From: Gammaproteobacteria bacterium
GTDB lineage: Bacteria; Pseudomonadota; Gammaproteobacteria; Arenicellales; JAJDZL01
Assembly (NCBI GenBank): GCA_022823405.1
Contig: JAJDXD010000024.1
Coordinates: 308 to 64,307, forward strand
Direction of reading: 5' to 3'
DNA: 64,000 bases
The position numbers were made by a program, and so were the translations under genes. Positions 29,985 to 39,374 of the stretch are shown piece after piece. Under the pieces are notes generated by a model. It ran no database searches, was not told the origin of the DNA, and saw only the letters and a program-made list of their open reading frames with translations. Each line of letters starts with the position of its first letter. The stretch's first letter is position 1.

Positions 29985-31565
29985 ATGTCCGCTGCGCACA
30001 CCGAAGCACACGACCACCACGACCATCGTCCAAGTGGCATCATGCGTTGGTTGACAACGACCAACCATAAGGACATTGGAACGATGTACCTGATCTTTTC
30101 GCTGACCATGTTCTTTGTCGGCGGAATTATGGCGCTCGCAATTCGAGCCGAACTGTTTCAGCCTGGTCTGCAGGTCGTCAATCCGGAACTATTCAATTCA
30201 CTAACGACCTTGCACGCACTGATCATGATTTTTGGTGCCATCATGCCAGGATTTGTGGGATTTGCGAACTGGCTGATTCCTATGATGATTGGTGCGCCTG
30301 ATATGGCTCTGCCCAGGATGAACAACTGGAGTTTCTGGATTCTCCCTTTTGCTTTCGCCATGCTACTCGGCAGTCTGTTTACCGTTGGTGGCGGACCGGC
30401 TTCGGGTTGGACTCTATACGCACCGTTGTCGGTTCAGGGCGGCGCTGGCGTTGACATGACAATTCTGTCGATTCATATGATGGGAATTTCGTCAGTGCTT
30501 GGCGCAATCAATATCATCGTGACCATTATGAATATGCGAGCACCCGGCATGAATTTGATGAAAATGCCACTGTTCGTCTGGACCTGGCTGATTACAGCAT
30601 TCCTGCTGATTGCAGCGATGCCAGTCCTTGCCGGCGCAGTAACGATGCTGCTGACCGACCGACACTTCGGCACCGCATTCTTTGATCCCGCTGGTGGCGG
30701 TGACCCGGTTCTGTTCCAGCATATATTCTGGTTCTTCGGGCATCCGGAGGTATACATCCTGATTCTGCCGGCATTCGGAATTGTTTCACAGATTGTTCCA
30801 ACCTTTTCCCGCAAACCGCTTTTCGGTTATGACAGCATGGTGTTCGCAACAGCCGGAATCGCATTCCTTTCGTTCATCGTGTGGGCACATCACATGTTTA
30901 CAGTTGGTATGCCTCTGGCAGGTGAACTGTTCTTTATGTATGCTACGATGCTGATCGCAGTACCGACTGGAGTCAAGGTGTTTAACTGGGTTGCCACAAT
31001 GTGGCGCGGGTCGATTACCCTGGAGACGCCGATGCTGTTTGCGCTGGCCGTCGTATTTCTGTTTACCATCGGTGGTCTGTCAGGACTAATGCTGGCGATT
31101 GTTCCGGCGGACTTTCAGTACCATGACACCTATTTTGTGGTTGCACACTTCCACTATGTCCTGTTTGCAGGCTCCATCATGTCAATGATGGGCGCGACTT
31201 ATTACTGGCTGCCGAAATGGACAGGACGCATGTACAACGAAGGTCTGGGAAAAACGCATTTCTGGCTGACAACAATATTCTTTAACGTAACATTTTTTCC
31301 GCAGCACTTCCTCGGGTTGGCCGGAATGCCAAGACGCATACCCGACTACTCGGTGCAATTCACCGAATTCAACATCATTTCGTCAATCGGTGCATTCGGT
31401 TTAGGGTTGGTACAACTGCTGTTTGTCTACATCATCATTCAAGCCGTACGCGGCAAAAACGAGAAGGCAACCGCCCAAGTTTGGGAAGGTGCGGATGGAC
31501 TTGAATGGACAGTTGATTCGCCGCCTCCTTACCACACGTTTGAGAGTCCTCCAACCGTCAAGTAA
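29985..31565 (+). CDS. coxA: Cytochrome c oxidase subunit I
   Basis: 526 aa. WLTTTNHKDIGTMYL, WFFGHPEVYILILP and HHMFTVG are the canonical heme-copper oxidase motifs. Confidence 0.97.
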   Translation: MSAAHTEAHDHHDHRPSGIMRWLTTTNHKDIGTMYLIFSLTMFFVGGIMALAIRAELFQPGLQVVNPELFNSLTTLHALIMIFGAIMPGFVGFANWLIPMMIGAPDMALPRMNNWSFWILPFAFAMLLGSLFTVGGGPASGWTLYAPLSVQGGAGVDMTILSIHMMGISSVLGAINIIVTIMNMRAPGMNLMKMPLFVWTWLITAFLLIAAMPVLAGAVTMLLTDRHFGTAFFDPAGGGDPVLFQHIFWFFGHPEVYILILPAFGIVSQIVPTFSRKPLFGYDSMVFATAGIAFLSFIVWAHHMFTVGMPLAGELFFMYATMLIAVPTGVKVFNWVATMWRGSITLETPMLFALAVVFLFTIGGLSGLMLAIVPADFQYHDTYFVVAHFHYVLFAGSIMSMMGATYYWLPKWTGRMYNEGLGKTHFWLTTIFFNVTFFPQHFLGLAGMPRRIPDYSVQFTEFNIISSIGAFGLGLVQLLFVYIIIQAVRGKNEKATAQVWEGADGLEWTVDSPPPYHTFESPPTVK

Positions 31566-31586
31566 TCCATCGAAAAGGTAAATACA

Positions 31587-31691
31587 TTGTCGAATAATAA
31601 GAACGACGGCATAAAACGGACAGCTCTGCTGCTAGGTTGCATTTCACTGGTTTTCTTTATTGCAATTATCGTGGTTGAATACATAAGGTGA
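31587..31691 (+). CDS. Possible 34-aa single-TM micro-protein between coxA and cox11 (TTG start)
   Basis: Hand translation gives LSNNKNDGIKRTALLLGCISLVFFIAIIVVEYIR*. AAAAGG lies about 8 nt upstream. Its stop overlaps the cox11 GTG (GTGA). It is below the ORF-track length cut-off. Confidence 0.3.
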   Translation: MSNNKNDGIKRTALLLGCISLVFFIAIIVVEYIR

Positions 31692-32287
31692 ATGGTGTGA
31701 CCAGTTCTCAGGCAACAAGACGTTCTAAAACCCGCTGGATTGTGATCCTGTCCGGGACAGTGGTGCTTATGTTTGGTTTTGGCTATGCACTGGTACCGTT
31801 GTATGACTTGTTTTGTGAGATTACCGGGGTTGGTGGCAAGCCCACTGTTGCTGTGTCGCAGGTGGCTTCAGACGAAAATCCGATTGATTATTCGAAAGAG
31901 GTTACTATCGAATTTACTGCTACAGGCAATAACAGCATTCCATGGACCATCAAACCACTGGTCAAAAAAACTAAAGTCCATCCTGGTGAAGTTCACAAGG
32001 TGAATTACCTGGTAACCAACACTTCAAGCCAGCAGATGGTTGGACAGGCCATTCCAAGCGTCACCCCAATGCAAGGTGCCAGGCATATGGTCAAACTTGA
32101 ATGTTTCTGCTTCAATGCCCAGACACTTGAACCCGGAGAGGCACGGGAAATGCCAGTCCGATTTTACGTCAATAAGGAACTGCCGGATGAAATCAATACA
32201 CTAACTCTGTCTTACAGTTTCTTCCCAATGAATGAGTCGGCCAGTACCTCAGACGATCAATCGGAAGAACAGCAAAGCAGTTCATGA
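31688..32287 (+). CDS. ctaG: Cytochrome c oxidase assembly protein Cox11/CtaG
   Basis: 199 aa. N-terminal TM helix, VPLYDLFCEITGVGG, and the copper-binding CFCF motif (LECFCFNAQ). Confidence 0.9.
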   Translation: MNGVTSSQATRRSKTRWIVILSGTVVLMFGFGYALVPLYDLFCEITGVGGKPTVAVSQVASDENPIDYSKEVTIEFTATGNNSIPWTIKPLVKKTKVHPGEVHKVNYLVTNTSSQQMVGQAIPSVTPMQGARHMVKLECFCFNAQTLEPGEAREMPVRFYVNKELPDEINTLTLSYSFFPMNESASTSDDQSEEQQSSS

Positions 32288-32324
32288 CATGAAACTAATC
32301 AAATAAATGAAACGAGGATAAACG

Positions 32325-33203
32325 ATGAGCGCTTCGAACGGCGATTATTTTCTCCCTGATCCCAGTCCATGGCCATTGGTGGCATCTGTCGGGCTTTTCA
32401 CTCTAGCCGGCGGATTCGTCATGCTGGTTAACGAAGTAAACATGGCACCGTGGGTCATGCTGGCTGGCGGCCTGATCATCGCTTTCATGATGTTCGGCTG
32501 GTTCGGTATCGTTGTTTTGGAAAGTGAAGCTGGAAAGTACAACGCCCATGTTGATACCTCTTTCCGGATGGGAATGCTGTGGTTTATCTTTTCCGAAGTG
32601 ATGTTTTTCGGCGGTTTTTTTGGCGCACTGTTTTACCTGAGAAATTTATCGATACCCTGGCTGGCAGAAACTGACATTCTGTGGATGGGCTTTGAGGGCG
32701 GATGGCCGACAGCTGGCCCTATGGGTGCAGAATTGATTGCGGCTGATACCCCGATCTCTTCGCCCGGTCAATTCTCCACAATCGGTGCCTGGGGCATTCC
32801 AGTCTGGAACACACTTATCTTATTGACTTCCAGCGTTACTGTGACCATCGCCCACTGGGAACTCAAAAAGAACAACCGCTTGGGTCTTATTGTCTGGCTC
32901 GCAATCACCGTGTTGCTTGGATTCCTGTTCCTATATCTTCAGGGTTTTGAGTATGCACATGCGTATGCGGATCTCGGACTGACACTTGGTACCGGCGTGT
33001 ACGGCGCAACTTTCTTTATGTTGACTGGATTTCACGGATTTCATGTGACCATCGGCGCAATCATTCTGCTGGTGATTCTGATTCGCTGCATCCGCGGCCA
33101 TTTCAAACCCGATCATCACTTTGGATTTGAAGCGGCGGCGTGGTACTGGCACTTCGTTGATACAGTCTGGGTGGGACTTTTTATCTTTGTTTACGTTGTG
33201 TAA
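32325..33203 (+). CDS. coxC: Cytochrome c oxidase subunit III
   Basis: 292 aa with 7 TM helices. TGFHGFHVTIG and WYWHFVDTVW. Confidence 0.95.
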   Translation: MSASNGDYFLPDPSPWPLVASVGLFTLAGGFVMLVNEVNMAPWVMLAGGLIIAFMMFGWFGIVVLESEAGKYNAHVDTSFRMGMLWFIFSEVMFFGGFFGALFYLRNLSIPWLAETDILWMGFEGGWPTAGPMGAELIAADTPISSPGQFSTIGAWGIPVWNTLILLTSSVTVTIAHWELKKNNRLGLIVWLAITVLLGFLFLYLQGFEYAHAYADLGLTLGTGVYGATFFMLTGFHGFHVTIGAIILLVILIRCIRGHFKPDHHFGFEAAAWYWHFVDTVWVGLFIFVYVV

Positions 33204-33221
33204 ACTTTAATTCCCAACCAC

Positions 33222-33530
33222 CTACTCAGTCACAGAAGATTTTGGTGGGATTGGCACTGTATTGCTGGGTGTAATCAAACCAGTGTAAATTCCGCCAACA
33301 ATCAAACCGAATAGCAATACCCAAATTGATATACGGACGGTCAATGCCTTGACCGTCCGATTGCTGGTACCCCGATCCTTCAGCATGTACCAGAATGCTG
33401 AAACTAGGCTGCCAATCATTACCAGCAGCAAAATTCCAATAATTAGGTTTTGTACCAATGCTATTGACTCAGTAGAAATTCCGGATTTGGAACTATTTCG
33501 TGATTGGCCAGGTGAGTGTGTCAAATCCAA
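33222..33530 (-). CDS. Small two-TM membrane protein (DUF2909-like), convergent with coxC
   Basis: The core LIIGILLLVMIGSLVSAFWYMLKDRGTSNRTVKALTVRISIWVLLFGLIVGGIYTGL matches the pattern of small proteins in this position in proteobacterial cox clusters. The true start is probably internal. Confidence 0.55.
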   Translation of the reverse strand: MDLTHSPGQSRNSSKSGISTESIALVQNLIIGILLLVMIGSLVSAFWYMLKDRGTSNRTVKALTVRISIWVLLFGLIVGGIYTGLITPSNTVPIPPKSSVTE

Positions 33531-33788
33531 ACTGATTGAAGCTGGATGTGCGCTTAATTGAGTCTGAATTATACGGGTATCGATCGAACCGACTGCCTAC
33601 TGATCAGCACTTCTTTTTGACTGTCTTGCTTATTTCCGATCTAGTCGACCGGAATATCCATAGCATGGGAAGAAATCCGCAATCCTTGAAGTGTTAAAAT
33701 CGCTGATTCACCTGGTCAATGATGAGAACATTCTTCAGAGCCGCCCTTTTCCAAATACACAACCTGACTCTTGCTAAACTAAATAAAC

Positions 33789-34661
33789 ATGTCTGAACTT
33801 GGAAAAGTGGCTGAGTACATCATTGAGGACTTTTACAACGGTCGATTCGATTTAAGTGAGCGCGGCAATATTTCGACGCCATCGTCCTGGTCGACCTTAC
33901 CTCAAGTTGAATGCACGCAATATCTGCGCGATGCAAATGCCTCAGATCGAACCATCCTGCTCTATCTGACGTTTATCTCAGCGATTGATCGCGCGAGAAA
34001 TTCAGTACGGTGCTGGTGGAACGGACTCGAGCTCTATGAAAGTCACCCGGAAGTCTACGATCCTTTGCAGTTGCTTCAGGTGAGTACTGATCAATTGACA
34101 CAGTACCTACAAGAATGCGAAGTTACTCAGAATACCGAGCAGGACCCCCAAGCCTGGCTTGATATTGCACAAACCATTACATTTGAAAGCAGTTGTCCTG
34201 TGAGTCAGGTAATCTACGGCAAAACAGTCGATTCCAAACAATTGCTCAAGGATCTTAGCACTCGAGGTGAAGAAGGTCGAAACCGGTTTCCACTTTTAAG
34301 CGGCTCAAAAACCGGCCGGAGGTGGGTGTATCTGCTGGCAAATCCCGGTGGTGCGAAAATAACCCACATTGATTCTTTGCCAATGACGGTTGATTCCCAT
34401 GTCAGTCGTGCAACTGAAAATCTGAGAATGGTCAAAAAAGATCGTGCAGAAACTTCTAGTGATGTGCACTACATTCAGTCAGTCTGGCGTAGTGCAGTCA
34501 ACTTGATGCAACTTGAGGAACCAGATGGCGTTCGCGATACCTGCGCGGGTCTCGACCCTGCTCTGTCGTTTTTTGGCCGATATGGGTGTGGACATTGCGA
34601 CAAGGTCGGTGCTCCTGTGCGACTCGGGCGCGCCTGTAATTTCTGTAAGTTGTTTGGGTAA
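33789..34661 (+). CDS. Divergent HhH-GPD superfamily (endonuclease III-like) protein with a non-canonical C-terminal Cys cluster; function unknown
   Basis: 290 aa. Hand alignment to E. coli Nth: FPLLSGSKTGRRWVYLLA ~ LPGVGRKTANVVLNTAF (hairpin-helix, Lys kept); PMTVDSHVSRATENLRMV ~ TIAVDTHIFRVCNRTQF (catalytic Asp kept); FFGRYGCGHCDK...CNFC ~ LHGRYTC...CGSC. Confidence 0.5.
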   Translation: MSELGKVAEYIIEDFYNGRFDLSERGNISTPSSWSTLPQVECTQYLRDANASDRTILLYLTFISAIDRARNSVRCWWNGLELYESHPEVYDPLQLLQVSTDQLTQYLQECEVTQNTEQDPQAWLDIAQTITFESSCPVSQVIYGKTVDSKQLLKDLSTRGEEGRNRFPLLSGSKTGRRWVYLLANPGGAKITHIDSLPMTVDSHVSRATENLRMVKKDRAETSSDVHYIQSVWRSAVNLMQLEEPDGVRDTCAGLDPALSFFGRYGCGHCDKVGAPVRLGRACNFCKLFG

Positions 34662-34746
34662 CGAGAATTTTTCGACCTGTCTATCCGTAAACAACGACCG
34701 AAAACGCAATTGATGCGCGAATATCCACCCGGTCCGTAAACAGCCT

Positions 34747-35469
34747 GTGAAACTTCAGTTTCGATTCCGAATTATCCCAACACTGGCAACAGTCGCTCTG
34801 TTGCCAGTGTTAATCGGACTCGGAGTTTGGCAGCTTGATCGCGCCCAACAGAAGACTGAAGTAATGAATCTATATCAAAAGCGAAGTGATGCGCCGGCCG
34901 TAGTGATTGGCTCCGTGGTCGAATCACCTCGGGAACTGGAGTACCGCCGACTCAAAGCGACGGGTACTTGGGATGCACAACATGAATTCCTACTGGATAA
35001 CCGAGTCCGTCGAGGTCAACCCGGTTTTCACGTCATTACACCGCTGATATTTCGCGGCGGTCAGTCCGCAGTGTTGGTTAATCGGGGCTGGATACCAGGA
35101 TCACTAGATCGCAGTCAATTACCCAAAATTGAGCCCTTGAGCGGTGATACCAGTTTAACAGGGCTTGCAATCATTCCACCTGTCGATACCTTTGTTCTGA
35201 AGCAGGAGTCCCCTGTACAAACTGGAGAATGGCCACTGATCTGGCAAACACTCGACATAAATAGATTTTCCGATGCTGTCCCCTACGAGATTCAGGGCGT
35301 TGTCATTCAATTGGATGATGACCATCCGGCTGGTTTTGAACGGCAGTGGCCACCACCCGATAATGTATGGATAACCCGTCATAGAGCTTATGCATTTCAG
35401 TGGTTTGCGCTCAGTGCAACGTTGCTTGTGATATACTTTTTGCTGACTCTCCGGCCTCGCCGAGACTGA
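34747..35469 (+). CDS. SURF1 family cytochrome oxidase biogenesis protein
   Basis: 240 aa with N- and C-terminal TM helices. GVWQLDRAQQK and HRAYAFQWFALSA are SURF1/Shy1 signatures. Confidence 0.87.
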   Translation: MKLQFRFRIIPTLATVALLPVLIGLGVWQLDRAQQKTEVMNLYQKRSDAPAVVIGSVVESPRELEYRRLKATGTWDAQHEFLLDNRVRRGQPGFHVITPLIFRGGQSAVLVNRGWIPGSLDRSQLPKIEPLSGDTSLTGLAIIPPVDTFVLKQESPVQTGEWPLIWQTLDINRFSDAVPYEIQGVVIQLDDDHPAGFERQWPPPDNVWITRHRAYAFQWFALSATLLVIYFLLTLRPRRD

Positions 35470-35623
35470 ATCAACAAACTGCGGTCTACCTGACTTCGCA
35501 CATTAATTCAATCACTTAAAACTTGTTCATTGATCAGCCTTGCGACTTGAACAGGGCTGATGTTTACCGCAGTCAAATTCTGAACATCGAGTTCAAACCT
35601 AACGCTCGCTTGTCGCACCAGCA

Positions 35624-36550
35624 ATGACATCAAATATTTCAAATCCTTCTGAAATTGCTCAGCCATTACCTGTTCGCAGCATACTGCAGGAATACTATCG
35701 AATAACTAAACCAAGGGTCGTTGGCCTGATTATGTTTACCGCAGTCGCTGGTATGTTTCTGGCGGTGCCGGGAATGCCAAATCCGCTTACCGTGTTGCTT
35801 GCAACTCTGGGAATCGGACTCTCAGCTGCCGCAGGTGCTGCAGTCAATCATGTGCTGGATGAAGAGAAAGATGCGCAAATGAAGCGTACTCGCAACCGCC
35901 CGATTCCTACCGGAAGGCTTGAAACCGGTCCAGCCCTGATCTTTGCCTGTGTTTTGGCGGGAATGTCAATGATCATCCTTTCGGTGACGGTCAATGTCCT
36001 GACCAGCTTTCTGACATTTGCATCTCTAGTCGGATATGCTGTCATCTACACGGTATTTCTGAAGCACGCCACACCCCAAAACATCGTTATCGGTGGTGCT
36101 GCTGGAGCGATGCCTCCAGTACTTGGCTGGACAGCGATGACAGGTGAACTGAGTTCAGATGCCTTTCTTCTGTTTCTGATTATCTTCTGCTGGACACCAC
36201 CTCACTTTTGGGCGCTGGCACTCTACCGGCATCTCGATTATGAGAAGGCCGAAATTCCCATGCTTCCTGTAACCCACGGGCAAAAATTTACACGCTTGCA
36301 TATCTTGCTCTACACCGTACTGCTGGTTGCCGTTTCAATCATGCCCTTTGCAACGGGTCTTTTTGGACTGCCATATCTGGCGACGGCTTTAATTCTCGGA
36401 GTCATTTTTATTGCTTTCGCCATTCGGTTGTTTCGAAGCTACAGTGATGATCTATCTCGCAAAATGTTCCGCTTTTCCATACAGTACCTTGCGATACTGT
36501 TCGCGGTAATGCTTTTCGATCACTACCTGAGCATCATCCTCACGTTTTAG
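35624..36550 (+). CDS. ctaB: Protoheme IX farnesyltransferase (heme O synthase)
   Basis: 308 aa UbiA-family protein. NHVLDEEKDAQMKRTRNRPIPTG and GGAAGAMPPVLGW. Confidence 0.95.
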   Translation: MTSNISNPSEIAQPLPVRSILQEYYRITKPRVVGLIMFTAVAGMFLAVPGMPNPLTVLLATLGIGLSAAAGAAVNHVLDEEKDAQMKRTRNRPIPTGRLETGPALIFACVLAGMSMIILSVTVNVLTSFLTFASLVGYAVIYTVFLKHATPQNIVIGGAAGAMPPVLGWTAMTGELSSDAFLLFLIIFCWTPPHFWALALYRHLDYEKAEIPMLPVTHGQKFTRLHILLYTVLLVAVSIMPFATGLFGLPYLATALILGVIFIAFAIRLFRSYSDDLSRKMFRFSIQYLAILFAVMLFDHYLSIILTF

Positions 36551-36603
36551 TAACCCTCCCCACGCGCGATCGAGTAAATAAAGTGTCAGGGTCTCAGAGC
36601 AAC

Positions 36604-37986
36604 ATGGTTGAGTTTCCGGCAATCAGAGCATTGTCGCCACTGGATGGTCGGTATTCAGGAAGAGTTGAATTGTTACGCGATACGTTCAGTGAATACGGAT
36701 TAATTAAGCTTAGACTCCATGTCGAGATTGAATGGTTAATCCACTTGGCCAATCTTCCGCAGTTCGCGGACCTCGCACCACTTTCTGATCAGTCTGTTGC
36801 GAGTCTCCGAAATCTGGTAGCAAATTTTTCCGTAGAAGATGCACAGGAAGTGAAGAAAATCGAAAGCCAGATTAATCATGATGTGAAAGCGCTTGAATAT
36901 TTTCTTAAAGACCGTGCCAAGTCGATTCCTGAATTAGTCACAGCTCGAGAATTCATTCACTTCGGCTGCACTTCCTATGACATCAACGATAACTGCTTTG
37001 GCTTAATGCTGGAGTCTGCCCGAGAAACCGTTTTGGTACCTGAGTTGACTCAACTTGTTGATGAGTTGTCTCGGTTGGCAACTGAATTCGCGGAGACGCC
37101 AATGCTGGCCCGAACACATGGTCAGCCTGCGTCTCCGACAACAGTGGGCAAGGAATTCAGAATATTTTCGACCCGACTGTCAAATCAGCTACAAGTGTTC
37201 TGTAACATCGCTGTGAAAGGGAAATTAAGCGGTGCAACTGGCAACTTCAATTCTCTTCATGCTGCTAATCCTGAAGTCGACTGGTGTCAGACTGCCGAAG
37301 ACTTTGTCAATTCGCTTGGACTTGAATACAGCCCCGTAACCACCCAGACCGAATCGCATGACTACATTGCCGAATACTGCCACTCGTTGCAGCGCATAAA
37401 CTCGATCATGCTGGATCTTTGCCGCGATATCTGGGGCTATATTTCAATTGGCTACTTCAAACAGAAGGTTGTTAACCGTGAGGTCGGTTCATCCGCGATG
37501 CCACACAAAGTCAACCCTATTGATTTTGAAAATGCAGAAGGAAACCTGGGGCTTGCCAACGCAATTTTTGGGCATCTGGCTGACAAACTACCTATCAGTC
37601 GCTGGCAAAGAGACCTGAGCGACTCTACGGTGCTCAGGAACCTGGGTGTGCCCATCGGCCACAGCCAGGTCGCCTATCAATCGGTCCGTGCTGGACTTTC
37701 AAAACTGGAGATCAATCCCCAGCGTCTCAACTCCGATTTGGACACTGCGTGGGAGGTTTTAAGCGAAGCGATTCAGACTGTTTTGAGGAAACACGGCGGC
37801 GAGTTGCCATATGAAAGAATGAAGGAACTGACGCGCGGCGTGACAGTCTCTGAGATCGAAATCCGAGAGTTCATAAGCGGATTGGATCTGCCGGAATCCG
37901 ACCGGGAGAAATTACTCAAACTCACACCGCGTGAATACACCGGGCACGCTGCTTCGATCGCTCGTAATAATTCCAATTCAAAGTAA
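36604..37986 (+). CDS. purB: Adenylosuccinate lyase
   Basis: ALSPLDGRYSGRV near the N-terminus and the signature SSAMPHKVNPIDFEN. The ATG at 36604 is preferred; the track GTG is at 36583. Confidence 0.95.
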   Translation: MVEFPAIRALSPLDGRYSGRVELLRDTFSEYGLIKLRLHVEIEWLIHLANLPQFADLAPLSDQSVASLRNLVANFSVEDAQEVKKIESQINHDVKALEYFLKDRAKSIPELVTAREFIHFGCTSYDINDNCFGLMLESARETVLVPELTQLVDELSRLATEFAETPMLARTHGQPASPTTVGKEFRIFSTRLSNQLQVFCNIAVKGKLSGATGNFNSLHAANPEVDWCQTAEDFVNSLGLEYSPVTTQTESHDYIAEYCHSLQRINSIMLDLCRDIWGYISIGYFKQKVVNREVGSSAMPHKVNPIDFENAEGNLGLANAIFGHLADKLPISRWQRDLSDSTVLRNLGVPIGHSQVAYQSVRAGLSKLEINPQRLNSDLDTAWEVLSEAIQTVLRKHGGELPYERMKELTRGVTVSEIEIREFISGLDLPESDREKLLKLTPREYTGHAASIARNNSNSK

Positions 37987-38002
37987 TACTATCATCTCTT
38001 GC

Positions 38003-38533
38003 TTACTGCCCGATTTGGGCGTTGCAAAGATCAATAAAACTGCCAACAATGAGATGTTCTTCGCCGGTAATGTTAATTTCACCACTCACATCTCCGGGTG
38101 AGACTGAAAACTCATACTTAGTCGATTTGGCATTTCCCAGTCCGCGCAAAGTGTTGAAATAACCATCATTACCCGGACTGATGTGATTCGACATGAATGT
38201 TTCAGTTTCAGTGGCGGAAATCCAGACATCAGAGTATCGCTCCTCCCCAAAATTCGATACCACTGTTCGAATGTTCGAGGGGTCGCTCACATGTCCGTGG
38301 CTAAGCAGAACTGCCTGATAGTCTTTAAAACAGGCAAACGACAGAAACGGATGAGGATTGTCCTCAACATAGGGGTGAAGACGGCCACAATACAAGAACC
38401 CAGGTTCTGCAACCCAGCAATTTCCACCCTGAATCCAATTAAGTTTTTCCGGTTCACCTTGTGCACCGGAAATGCCGGGAAACAACAGCAGGCAGCTGAG
38501 GGCCAATATAACGGATAATCTTTTGTTGTTCAT
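38003..38533 (-). CDS. Hypothetical secreted protein
   Basis: 176 aa. Signal peptide MNNKRLSVILALSCLLLFPGISGAQG. I recognise no other motif. Confidence 0.6.
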   Translation of the reverse strand: MNNKRLSVILALSCLLLFPGISGAQGEPEKLNWIQGGNCWVAEPGFLYCGRLHPYVEDNPHPFLSFACFKDYQAVLLSHGHVSDPSNIRTVVSNFGEERYSDVWISATETETFMSNHISPGNDGYFNTLRGLGNAKSTKYEFSVSPGDVSGEINITGEEHLIVGSFIDLCNAQIGQ

Positions 38534-38631
38534 AAATGTTCCGATAGTAAGACGCAGAAAACTAATTTATATGCGCAATTTCATCGAATGATTTCTGGAT
38601 TAGACAATCTCCAGCCATTAAGTTCGGCCGA

Positions 38632-39372
38632 TTGAACGCTAAACCAATCAGAATCTCAAAATTCCTGTCCCAGCAGGGAGTTTGTTCGCGTCGTGAGGCT
38701 GAATTCTTTATTCAGAAAGGCTGGCTCAAGGTCAACGGTGAAACGGTCATTGAACCCTACACCACCGTTGACGACAACAGCAAAATTGAACTTGACCCGA
38801 AAGCCAAAGCATATCAAAATCGACTAATCACTGTGCTGCTTCACAAGCCGGTTGGCTATGTCTCAGGTCAGCCAGAAAAACGGTATCGACCTGCTGCTTC
38901 TCTCATCACCCAAAGTAATCAGCAAAAAAACAGCGATGACCCTCCTCGGAATAGAGCCGTATGGCCAATTAAAGGACTGGCACCAGCTGGTCGACTCGAC
39001 ATTGATTCCACCGGACTTTTAATTCTCACACAGGATGGGCGTATCGCAAAACAGCTGATCGCACCGGATTCAAATGTTGAAAAAGAATACCTGGTGCGTG
39101 TCAAACAGGATGTTCGATCGGACCAGCTCAGCCAACTGACAGTTGGATTGAGTCTTGATAATGTAACACTGGCGTCGGCGAAAGTTGATCTTTTGGACAG
39201 TAATTACTTCAGAATGACACTAACTGAGGGCCGCAAACGCCAAATCAGGCGTATGTGCGAACTGGTTGGCCTTGAGGTCACTGGACTCAAGCGTGTGCGT
39301 ATCGGTAATATCCGGCTCGGCAGTCTTCCAATCGGAAAGTGGCGACTGCTCCGCCCAAACGAGTCGTTTTAG
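38632..39372 (+). CDS. rRNA pseudouridine synthase, RsuA/RluB/RluF family (S4 domain + catalytic domain)
   Basis: 246 aa. S4 domain (RISKFLSQQGVCSRREAEFFIQKGWLKVNG) and catalytic GRLDIDSTGLLILT. Confidence 0.87.
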   Translation: MNAKPIRISKFLSQQGVCSRREAEFFIQKGWLKVNGETVIEPYTTVDDNSKIELDPKAKAYQNRLITVLLHKPVGYVSGQPEKRYRPAASLITQSNQQKNSDDPPRNRAVWPIKGLAPAGRLDIDSTGLLILTQDGRIAKQLIAPDSNVEKEYLVRVKQDVRSDQLSQLTVGLSLDNVTLASAKVDLLDSNYFRMTLTEGRKRQIRRMCELVGLEVTGLKRVRIGNIRLGSLPIGKWRLLRPNESF

Positions 39373-39374
39373 AC

